Part shown: positions 56,801 through 64,000 of the stretch, in pieces
Numbering within the stretch: the first letter of the stretch is position 1
Layout: the number at the start of each line of letters is the position of its first letter
Source of the DNA: Myxococcota bacterium
Lineage (GTDB): Bacteria; Myxococcota_A; SURF-8; G963663525
Direction of reading: 5' to 3'
Assembly: GCA_963676915.2 (NCBI GenBank)
Contig: CAXXVK010000052.1
Location: 90,459-154,458, forward strand
Length of the DNA: 64,000 nt
Translations under genes and position numbers: made by a program
Notes under the pieces: generated by a model
The model's database searches: none
Told to the model about the DNA's origin: nothing
The model's input: the letters and a program-made list of their open reading frames with translations, nothing else

Positions 56801-59559
56801 CGACCGAATGCTCGGACGGAGGATGTCTCTTCACCGGCTGTAACAACGGCTATGGCGATTGCAACGAAAATGCCGATATCATGGGTTCGGACGGCTGCGA
56901 GGAACAATTGAACACCATTGTTCACTGTGGTGCCTGTGACAACGGTTGTGCCTTCGAACACGCCTCGGCGCGATGCGTCCAGAGCGAATGCCACATCGAC
57001 CGCTGCGAGGACGACTGGGGCGACTGCGATGGCATCCAAATCCCCATAGGAGGAGGAAGCCGAGGCAACGGCTGTGAAACCGACCTCACCACCAATCCCG
57101 ATTACTGCGGCGGATGCGATCGCAACTGTGAAGACATGTACTACTTCAACAGCGATACGGTGTACGACTACCTATGCCAGAGCCGCCGTTGTCTCATCAA
57201 CAACTGCCAACATGGTCACGGAGACTGTGACGGTCTGGTCGGCACAGGTTGCGAGCAGGATCTGCTCTCCACCAATAACCATTGTGGCGCTTGCAACAAT
57301 CGCTGTACCTACAACGCCTGGCCCAATGTCGAGCAGTACGTCTGCAATGAAGGACTGTGCGAAATCTATTCCTGCGTGCAAAACGATACGAACCGCTATA
57401 TGGACTGCAATCACAATCCGTTGGACGGCTGCGAAGCGGACATCAATAACAATACGAACCATTGCAACTCCTGCAACCACAGTTGCAACGACCTGCAACA
57501 CGTTCAAACAGGCCAGTGCGTAGACGGACAATGCTACGTCGAATTCTGCGATCCGGGGTGGGCCGACTGTAAGGACAACATTACAGGCTGCGAAACCGAA
57601 ACCCTTTCCAACATGGACAACTGCGGCGGCTGCGGAAACGTCTGTGTTTTCGACAATGCCCAGGGTCACTGTATCGAGGGAGAATGCGCCATCGAGCAAT
57701 GTGCCGCCGATTACTACCGTAACTGCGACGAAGACGGCTCCAACGGCTGTGAATCGGATATACGTATCGACGAGGACAATTGCGGCGAGTGCGGCAACGA
57801 ATGCCTGTTCCAGAACACCACCCGAGCCGAATGTTTTAGCGGTGCATGCATGATCTACGAATGCCTGGAAGGCTTCGACAACTGCGACGGCGCCGGTGAA
57901 AACGGCTGTGAAATCGATCTGCAAAACAATATCGATCACTGTGGAGACTGCCTGATCGCCTGCGAAGCCGACAACGCCGTCTCGGAATGCAGCGAAGGTG
58001 AATGCTCCATCCGTCTGTGCACTGGCGACTGGGTGGATGCCAATGGCGATTACGAAGATGGCTGCGAATGCAAGAGCCTTGGATACGACGACTATGGCGA
58101 CGGTTCCGATACCAATTGCGACGGTGTGGACGGAGACGCGGCGAACATCAAATTCGTAATCCCCAACGGTGAAGGCTCGGGCACACGAGACGACCCGATG
58201 GGCGACATCCAACAAGCGATCAACAGTTCCACATCGGGTGGAATGGTCTGGGTCAGCCGAGGCACCTATTACGGTAAAATCATCCTTAAAAACGGCGTCC
58301 ACCTGATCGGCGGTTTCGATGTGGCAAGTGACTGGGCGCAAGCCAGCGGTAACACGGTAACGCTTTCGATTAGCGACCCGGAAGGACCGTACAACCGACA
58401 AGTCGGCATGTACGCCAGTGGCATTACCTCATCGACCCATGTCGAGCACCTCACGATTTCCGTGGCGCGCAATTATGAAACAGCAGCCAGCAATTACGGC
58501 ATTTGGATCAAAAACTCCAATGAAAACCTACACTTCAAAAACGTTACGATCCAAACCGGCAAAGCAGGCAATGGCGCTACCGGGCAATCCGGCACGCCAG
58601 GCGGAGAAGGCTCCAACGGTGACGTGGGACAAGAGGGCTGCGAATCCAGCGGAGGCGTTTTCTGTGGCACTTGCGCCACCCCAGAACCGGGGGATGGAGG
58701 AGCAAGTTCCTGCAACGCAACTGGTGGCAATGGAGGAAGCCCCGGTATCGGTGAAGGCAAAACGGGAAGCAACGGCAGCAGTGGAGTCAACTCCAGCGGC
58801 ACATCACAAAGCAACGGAGGCAGTGGCGGTGAACCTTCTGAGGACTGTCGGGAAGCCCACATCGGAGATAGCGACTGTGATGGCTGCGACACTTGCTTAG
58901 ACACCAACGGAGACCCCGGAAGTGATGGAACCAACGGCAGTACCGGCACACACGGCGCGACAGGTTCGGGAAGCGGCGAACGCAATGGAGAGTATTGGCG
59001 ATCGACCTGGGCTGGAGACGGTGCCGTAGGTGTTGACGGCACGGGCGGCGGCGGCGGCGGCGGCGGTGGCGGCGGATGCCACAACTGCGACAGTACCGGA
59101 TCTGCTGGAAGCGGAGGCGGTGGCGGCGGATGCGGAGGCACGGGAGGAACCGGCGGCCAAGGTGGTGGCGGTTCGTTCGGCGTGTTCATGATCTATTCGT
59201 TCGCTGTGTTCGAAAGCTGCTCGATCGATGCCGGTCCCGGCGGCGATGGTGGCCGTGGTGGTTACGGCGGTACGGGAGGAGACGGCGGAAATGGTGGAGG
59301 ATCTCCTTCTTACGGCGGCAGCAGCGACCAGGACGACGGTGGCTGCGGCGGTCAAGGAGGCGATGGTGGCCGTGGCGGTAATGGCGGTGATGGCGGCGGC
59401 GGCGGCGGCGGACCTTCGTTCGGCATGTACCTGCTCGATGGCTCCGAACCCGTACTCGACGATACAACGCCCCACGCCCAAGGTGGCGGCAACGGAGGAA
59501 CAAGCGCTTCCCCGTCGAGTTGGGGTGAAACCGGTCCTACCGGTGGCACTGGTCCGTAA
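53878..59559 (+). CDS. Giant surface lipoprotein/adhesin (choice-of-anchor D/ASH Ig repeats, Stig1-like Cys repeats, beta-helix-like and Gly-rich tip)
   Basis: Lipobox LGAC; about 6 xxDFGxVxVG...NxG...LxI..I repeats; about 11-12 DCxG...xGCE......HCGxCxxxC repeats; DTNCDGVDG; GTRDDPMGDIQQAI...VSRGTY...LIGGF; GxxGxxG / GGGGGG tail. Confidence 0.88.
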   Translation: MKTFWLMCLSVAFLFLGACDDISGLVDPVGDRDLDFGDIEIGPPCDSSFDCDPGYTCLQGYCIPTNPNTNPDSDTETEEEAANEEPGGSFSVDPTLVSFGAVVMGKSDTQIVTASNKGNEDIRIVTIELDLSSSSEFQLENVPEGETVLSPGDNLPITIRYSPVDEGADEGLLQFHFTGDPIKGKVDIPIQSLYKGIPNILVEPESIDYEKVSVGQTSDKCLTVTNEIPDEENMVLNVLGVEFSTVNSGFEGVDLPSFPLAVLPRESETLCFRFSPTSPGVHETTLIIVNDDPYTENVDDNDARKEIALKGKGTIAQLEVTENPVNFARVKVNQDTEQDVVLKNIGEENLVITEISLTDDGEGSFHIGTPLEIPEGGLTLTPGQEESFDVIFNPSDVGAYEGSFSVYSNDYYAQQKVVELSGYGTISRLTVRPSSREFDDTPVGSSNQEAVVFENEGEASVTVYGLGFTTDSVFSPVDSGVFPFQLEVQNYKQVWFSFSPLLSQDYTEHVPVYSDDSGDEFDITFSGRGIAPTFEIDPPGNLLDFGDVVVDAEAQKTLTITNNGTYNLEILDLLILQDDNGPFRVTPGSGSGRDTLSFTVSPGESQTIQVFYEPTQDQQPDQGTLVMCSNDPSGGEPLNCPSGENAREYRFTLVGNGIKPTLTVEPDPEDPIDFSNIIIETESAPAHFVVTNSGTGSLPILSVDVVGAQASRFEISGLEDRVFPVMLENHDTSGESLPFDIVFKPLQEEVSEASLRITAESYGESVKFIDLVGTGYGCPSHTHNCGQQCVLNSDPDHCGTSCTPCEVPANATATCNGVECGYQCIDDYSDCNGEFDDGCESQIDTDIAHCGHCDTSCLKDNAHVDCVDGNCVFLGCETNWRDCNNDISSAGSDGCEINISENPNHCGYCYSPCSIPHAVTECVNKTCTFVECEENWGDCNSNAHISGSDGCETNLLESANHCGDCSTSCEVDNGTTECSDGGCLFTGCNNGYGDCNENADIMGSDGCEEQLNTIVHCGACDNGCAFEHASARCVQSECHIDRCEDDWGDCDGIQIPIGGGSRGNGCETDLTTNPDYCGGCDRNCEDMYYFNSDTVYDYLCQSRRCLINNCQHGHGDCDGLVGTGCEQDLLSTNNHCGACNNRCTYNAWPNVEQYVCNEGLCEIYSCVQNDTNRYMDCNHNPLDGCEADINNNTNHCNSCNHSCNDLQHVQTGQCVDGQCYVEFCDPGWADCKDNITGCETETLSNMDNCGGCGNVCVFDNAQGHCIEGECAIEQCAADYYRNCDEDGSNGCESDIRIDEDNCGECGNECLFQNTTRAECFSGACMIYECLEGFDNCDGAGENGCEIDLQNNIDHCGDCLIACEADNAVSECSEGECSIRLCTGDWVDANGDYEDGCECKSLGYDDYGDGSDTNCDGVDGDAANIKFVIPNGEGSGTRDDPMGDIQQAINSSTSGGMVWVSRGTYYGKIILKNGVHLIGGFDVASDWAQASGNTVTLSISDPEGPYNRQVGMYASGITSSTHVEHLTISVARNYETAASNYGIWIKNSNENLHFKNVTIQTGKAGNGATGQSGTPGGEGSNGDVGQEGCESSGGVFCGTCATPEPGDGGASSCNATGGNGGSPGIGEGKTGSNGSSGVNSSGTSQSNGGSGGEPSEDCREAHIGDSDCDGCDTCLDTNGDPGSDGTNGSTGTHGATGSGSGERNGEYWRSTWAGDGAVGVDGTGGGGGGGGGGGCHNCDSTGSAGSGGGGGGCGGTGGTGGQGGGGSFGVFMIYSFAVFESCSIDAGPGGDGGRGGYGGTGGDGGNGGGSPSYGGSSDQDDGGCGGQGGDGGRGGNGGDGGGGGGGPSFGMYLLDGSEPVLDDTTPHAQGGGNGGTSASPSSWGETGPTGGTGP

Positions 59560-59628
59560 GATTGAAGTCCAAAAAACTGAAACGTCACGGTTTTTCGTGA
59601 CGTTTCGTAAAAATCAGTAATATTTTAC

Positions 59629-59664
59629 AAGGTCGGATAAATCATCCGGCCTTTTTTATTTTTT
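59629..59664 (+). terminator. Rho-independent terminator between convergent genes
   Basis: AAGGTCGGAT-AAATC-ATCCGGCCTT followed by a T-rich run. A second hairpin AACGTCACG-GTTTTT-CGTGACGTT lies at about 59581-59604. Confidence 0.7.
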
Positions 59665-59669
59665 AGCCG

Positions 59670-60389
59670 TCATTGGCGAACACAACGAACCTGCATTTCA
59701 ACGGCAGTATTTCCGGCGATGATCCCTCCTGTGTGAAAAACAATCTCCCAATATCGGTTATTTACATCGTTTTCCACAAGATCGCTCGACCACGTTCGGT
59801 CGCACGGACCTTCCAATTCGACGATTCGGTAGCACCCATCCTCGTCGGGACCAGTTGCCCCCTGACAGCCGTTGCAGTACGTCAAATCCTGACAGGCAAG
59901 ATCAAGACAACCATCGTCCACCTGACAATCGCCACCGACCACCGTATAGTCACAACCTCTAACCAGTGCTCGTAGCTCCGCTAAGGTCGGAAGCCTCCAG
60001 TCATCGTATCCCGCCCAGGTCAGATTCTCGCAGTAACTCTTCGACGAAGCCCAATCCAGTTCCATTCCACTCGCAGAATTCTGCCAGATCAGGTTTCCCT
60101 CTCCCTCATAAATGGCCTCGATTGGAGTATTTTCCTCCTCCTGTTCACTTGTCATGTCATCTTCGACAAGTTCTTCCTCCGACAAGTCCTCCTCACCGGA
60201 AATGTCGCTATCGGAAACATCTTCCTCAGCAGGGGTGTCTATTTCCACGAAATCTTCGTCGCCGGTTTCCAGCTCTATCTCGGTATCCCCACCGGTCGTA
60301 TCGCCGTCGTCATCTTCACCAAAGCAACCGGTCATAAGAGCGAGAAGCAGAAGACCCATCCCCCAAATGACAGAAAAATCATGTTTCAT
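59670..60389 (-). CDS. DUF1566 (Lcl C-terminal, C-type-lectin fold) lipoprotein
   Basis: Lipobox MTGC, acidic linker, LIWQ...WASSKSYCENLTWAGYDDWRLPTLAELRAL...WSS...VRCVR. Confidence 0.88.
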   Translation of the reverse strand: MKHDFSVIWGMGLLLLALMTGCFGEDDDGDTTGGDTEIELETGDEDFVEIDTPAEEDVSDSDISGEEDLSEEELVEDDMTSEQEEENTPIEAIYEGEGNLIWQNSASGMELDWASSKSYCENLTWAGYDDWRLPTLAELRALVRGCDYTVVGGDCQVDDGCLDLACQDLTYCNGCQGATGPDEDGCYRIVELEGPCDRTWSSDLVENDVNNRYWEIVFHTGGIIAGNTAVEMQVRCVRQ

Positions 60390-60792
60390 CGTTTCCCCTC
60401 CTGCCTATTGTCGTTTCAAGAATTGAACAAACAAATGTATTGTACCATATAACCTATGGAAAAGATACGACTTCTCCACCATCTGTCAGCAGATGTCAAG
60501 CTTCGTTATTGGCATTGGAGGTGCTAAAAAGTTTTCCAACCGTTCAGCTTAAAAAACTTTCCTGACCTGAAAACTCCCGATTTTGATGATCTATACCTGA
60601 TACGTATCCCACGCCAGGCATCTTCGGGAACGCTTATGATTATCCATACAGGGTACTCAAAGAAGTGGAGATCCGTCTCGCTATCAAAGAGTTCGTCGAA
60701 AAACATTTCCTTCCTGCAAATTCAACGATGAGGTCTGGAAGAATGAACCGATTTCTGGCAAAATACAAAGGTGAAATCTGGAACATCCTGAA

Positions 60793-62610
60793 ATGAAAAG
60801 GAAAAGGCTGATGAAAAATTCAGCATTACGTTCAATACTTCTCCTGATTATTGGAATAGCTATATCTGCTTGCGACAGCAACAGCATACGATTTCAGGAT
60901 CCCGATGAGGACCAGGAAACATTCGAAGCCGACTTCGTATCCGCTGATGCCGACGAAACAGGGAACGGTGAAATGGACAACGCTGACGAAGACAATCCAT
61001 CCGACGAGGATTGGGATTCGTATGAAAACGAAGATACATCACGCTGCCGAAACGCTCTAGCTCTTCATTGCGGCGACAGCTATTCCCACAACATGTCCAC
61101 TCAGGGACTTCCCAATGAATGGTTTGGCTATAGCTGCACTCAACGGGGAGAAGGAGGCAACGAGGCGATTTATTCATTTCAGACAGATGTACAATGCCAA
61201 GTTGAATTGCGACTGACGGATTTGCAAGCCGATATCGACCTCATGCTGCTAAACGCCTGTGATCCCTGGTCTTGTATCTCGGCGTCTCCCACTCCTATGG
61301 ATATTCAACAGGATGAAGAGATTCGATTCACCGCAGAACCCGGCCAACGGTACTTCGTGGTTGTAGACGGATACGCGGATGCCTCCGGCAGCTATTCTCT
61401 CTCGTTGGATTGCTCCTGCGAAGAAACAAACTGCATGGACGCAGGAGGTTTTTGCAATGACTACTCGGATACCTGTTCGATGGGAACCAAGCGAGCGGAT
61501 CACCTGCATTGCGAAATGGGTGTCTGTTGTGTTCCGATGACCTGTTCGGAAGCGGGAGGCACTTGCTTTACAGAAACCTGCCCACAGGGGTGGGAGATCC
61601 CGCGTTATGGCGACACATTCACCTGCGAAAATGGCGAAACCTGTTGCGTGGAGGATTCAGGAACCAATGAATGTCCGCAATATCGTGCATCTTTGGCACA
61701 GTGCCCTTTCCAGTACTTTCACGGATCTCTGGACTGGCCGGACTGCCCCGAACTCATGATCTGCATGGACGAACCCTGCCGAACCGATGCTGATTGTCAT
61801 TTGATGGATTCCGCTCAGTTGGGTGGCACCTGCGTGACAGGAAACTGTGTCTACTGCTGGCAGGACAGTCAATGCCCGGATGAAATGGTCTGTCGCGGCG
61901 GTCGCTGCCTGAAGAAAGCGAATGACTGCCCTGAACCCTCGGACTGCAGAGGCGAAAGTTGTAGGCTGGTGGAACTTTCCGAGCAAGTCTGCCCGGTTTG
62001 CGTTTGCAACACGGTATTCGACGACTCCTGCGAACGTGACGAACAGTGCCAACCTTTGTCACATCACTATTTCCAGCACTGTGTCAACGGGCGCTGCGCC
62101 GAGTGCCGCCACGACGAAGAATGCGCCGAAGGGTTGCAGTGCCTGCCACCGGGTCTTTGTTACTCCATGACGGAACATCCATCCTCCCTTTACGGCTCCT
62201 GGCTGATCGGCTGGTGGGGTGCACTAAACCACTACAGCTACTTCCGCTTCGAACCCAATGGAACACTGCGCCGGGGCAGTTACACCTCGAACAACCTTTG
62301 GATGGACAGCATCATGCTTGACACCTGCTCCTATGGCACCGAGTTACCCAGCCCATTGCTTGGAACCTGGGAGCCTGAAGTAACGCAGAGCAGTCTCCTG
62401 ATCATCCGAACGCGCTTTCAGCAATGGTGCACGCAGGGGATGGACCAACCGGAACGCTGGCAAGTGATCCTCAATCCCAGTGGCGATTCTATCTCTCTCG
62501 TCTCCATCGACCATCCAGGCTCCATGAATCTGGAAGGCTGGCGGGTCGATCCGCAGGTCTGTACACCGGACTTCGCCGAATGCGTTCTCCCGGAATTTCC
62601 ATTGAAGTAA
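60793..62610 (+). CDS. Cys-rich lipoprotein with a PPC-like domain
   Basis: Lipobox ISAC (start may be 60811), PPC-like EAIYSF...DIDLML...YFVVVDGY...GSYSL, CxxAGGxC and CxxDxxC repeats, and a C-terminal lipocalin-like LYGSW domain. Confidence 0.8.
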   Translation: MKRKRLMKNSALRSILLLIIGIAISACDSNSIRFQDPDEDQETFEADFVSADADETGNGEMDNADEDNPSDEDWDSYENEDTSRCRNALALHCGDSYSHNMSTQGLPNEWFGYSCTQRGEGGNEAIYSFQTDVQCQVELRLTDLQADIDLMLLNACDPWSCISASPTPMDIQQDEEIRFTAEPGQRYFVVVDGYADASGSYSLSLDCSCEETNCMDAGGFCNDYSDTCSMGTKRADHLHCEMGVCCVPMTCSEAGGTCFTETCPQGWEIPRYGDTFTCENGETCCVEDSGTNECPQYRASLAQCPFQYFHGSLDWPDCPELMICMDEPCRTDADCHLMDSAQLGGTCVTGNCVYCWQDSQCPDEMVCRGGRCLKKANDCPEPSDCRGESCRLVELSEQVCPVCVCNTVFDDSCERDEQCQPLSHHYFQHCVNGRCAECRHDEECAEGLQCLPPGLCYSMTEHPSSLYGSWLIGWWGALNHYSYFRFEPNGTLRRGSYTSNNLWMDSIMLDTCSYGTELPSPLLGTWEPEVTQSSLLIIRTRFQQWCTQGMDQPERWQVILNPSGDSISLVSIDHPGSMNLEGWRVDPQVCTPDFAECVLPEFPLK

Positions 62611-62771
62611 CGACCTTCAAAATTTCCAAGAACCTGTTTTGTAGTGATAAATGTAATATTCCTCAACGTCCACTCCAAATCATTTGATGAGTCCCGTATC
62701 ATGTGGTAGTTTCAAAACCATTTTAATAAAAAAGTCACTCATAATCATACCTTACTTATATGGTGCATCGC

Positions 62772-64000
62772 ATGAAACTCGCAGTTTGGTTCGTACTCTT
62801 TCTTCTGTTAATTTCGTTTGTTACCGGTTGCAGTAATGAAGGAGAGATGGAAGACATCAACCCCGATTCGGATTACGAAACCGATGCTCGGCCATCGATC
62901 GATACCAACCTCAAACCGGAAAACCTTGCTCTCCAAGCCCTTCCCGATCCCCCGTCCCCTCCTTTACCCCAGGGGGTGACTTTGCGGGTGATGAGCTACA
63001 ATATTTTCGATACTCGATACGCTTCGGCAACAGCCATCGGTGAGATGATCCGAACGTACGATCCCGATCTCGTCGGTTTGCAGGAATGCGACGACAGTTA
63101 TCTGCCCCAGATCGCCGAGGCCGCAGGAATGGAATACTATGACGGCTTCGAGGTAGCTCAGCTTTCGAAAACCCCTTTGGAAGAGTTCACGCAGGGAACA
63201 TTGGATCTTGGTGGTCACTATACCCGATCCGAAACGGTTATCGATGGTGTGCGTTTCGTTTTCTACAATGCACACTTGGACTGGAATGCCGTGGGGAATC
63301 TGCAGTTTCGTCAGTTTGCCGATGAAGTCATCGGACCTGAACCGGTCAAACACCTCGTCCTGACCGGCGACTTCAACGATGAGCACTACAGCACGCAAAA
63401 CACAATCTTGGAGGAAGTCGTCACGGACGTTTTCACCTCTTTGGGATTCTATCCCGGAGAACGGATTTCATGGCCGTCTCTCGGTTTCGACGACACCGAA
63501 GGCTCTCAATTGATCGATCTGATCTGGTGGCGCAATGACTTTCCGGCCATTGCGCTGAACGCGGATGTGCTGAACATCACTCCATTGCTTTCGGACCACA
63601 AACCGGTGATTGCGGATCTTCTTTATCCGCTCGAAGGTGCCGAGGCATTTGGGGAAGATCCTTTTGCTTCGTATCGAGCGATCGATAGAGATTTTCCATC
63701 CGAGGAGGAACGCCCACCGAACCTGTTGCAAAATCCCGGTGCGGAAGAAGGTCTCGATGGCTGGACGATTTTCAACGATGCCCGTGCTGAAAGTGAGCGT
63801 GAAAATCAAAAACCTCGTTCGGGACAGAAGTTGTTTACAGGTTGGCTGGATTCGCCCGCTGACGTATCGGAGTTATCCTCTGGTACGCAAACGGTCGACC
63901 TCTCCGAAATGGCGGAAATCATCGACCAAGGCCGGGGGCAACTGCTGGTTTCCGGGTGGTTGACGACCGGATATCAAACCGACGAGAAGTTTGGAGTCGT
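62772..64000 (+). CDS. Endonuclease/exonuclease/phosphatase (EEP) family lipoprotein with a following carbohydrate-binding-like domain (runs off the window edge)
   Basis: Read manually: MKLAVWFVLFLLLISFVTGC lipobox, LRVMSYNI, DLVGLQE, NAHLDW, LTGDFND, IDLIW, SDHKPV, then NLLQNPGAEEGLDGW. Confidence 0.88.
   Translation, partial: MKLAVWFVLFLLLISFVTGCSNEGEMEDINPDSDYETDARPSIDTNLKPENLALQALPDPPSPPLPQGVTLRVMSYNIFDTRYASATAIGEMIRTYDPDLVGLQECDDSYLPQIAEAAGMEYYDGFEVAQLSKTPLEEFTQGTLDLGGHYTRSETVIDGVRFVFYNAHLDWNAVGNLQFRQFADEVIGPEPVKHLVLTGDFNDEHYSTQNTILEEVVTDVFTSLGFYPGERISWPSLGFDDTEGSQLIDLIWWRNDFPAIALNADVLNITPLLSDHKPVIADLLYPLEGAEAFGEDPFASYRAIDRDFPSEEERPPNLLQNPGAEEGLDGWTIFNDARAESERENQKPRSGQKLFTGWLDSPADVSELSSGTQTVDLSEMAEIIDQGRGQLLVSGWLTTGYQTDEKFGV

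Noticed and set aside
56200-58100. Multiheme cytochrome or ferredoxin in the Cys-rich region
   Set aside because: The motifs are HCGxC and CxxxC rather than repeated CxxCH, and the exported context fits disulfide repeats.
59030-59420. GGC tandem repeats as a microsatellite or array
   Set aside because: They are in-frame polyglycine codons of the giant lipoprotein.
1-64000. CRISPR arrays, tRNA/rRNA genes, transposases, prophage
   Set aside because: No regularly spaced repeats, cloverleaf or rRNA signatures, or transposase, integrase or phage motifs were recognised by eye.

Overview
Chromosomal window (~52% GC by eye) from a diderm bacterium whose gene content resembles Myxococcota or related delta-proteobacteria; this taxonomy is inferred, not measured. 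It holds: (1) the start of a type II secretion operon (gspC-D-E-F, minus strand) with a strong sigma-54 promoter and paired upstream activator sites; (2) many secreted, often Cys-rich lipoproteins and two proteins with MYXO-CTERM-like C-terminal sorting signals; (3) a compact cluster of one radical SAM, two B12-radical SAM and one DegT aminotransferase genes; (4) a TetR gene, a fused PlsAR/Ger-like reductase and a DHCR24-like FAD oxidoreductase, a candidate ether-lipid locus; (5) an ECF sigma factor with a FecR-TPR anti-sigma, and an MshEN/HD-GYP/REC/DUF4388 protein; (6) housekeeping genes nadB, cysS, ilvE, chorismate mutase and a cyclophilin. Three single-base frameshifts in or beside homopolymers suggest sequencing errors. 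The most interesting signals are a position-conserved acidic [GP]DxDxE motif next to the anchor of eight unrelated lipoproteins, paired with Lys/Arg-rich loops in the secretin; an apparently circularly permuted esterase; and an orphan 150-nt rod-shaped structured element. No CRISPR array, tRNA, rRNA or transposase was recognised.
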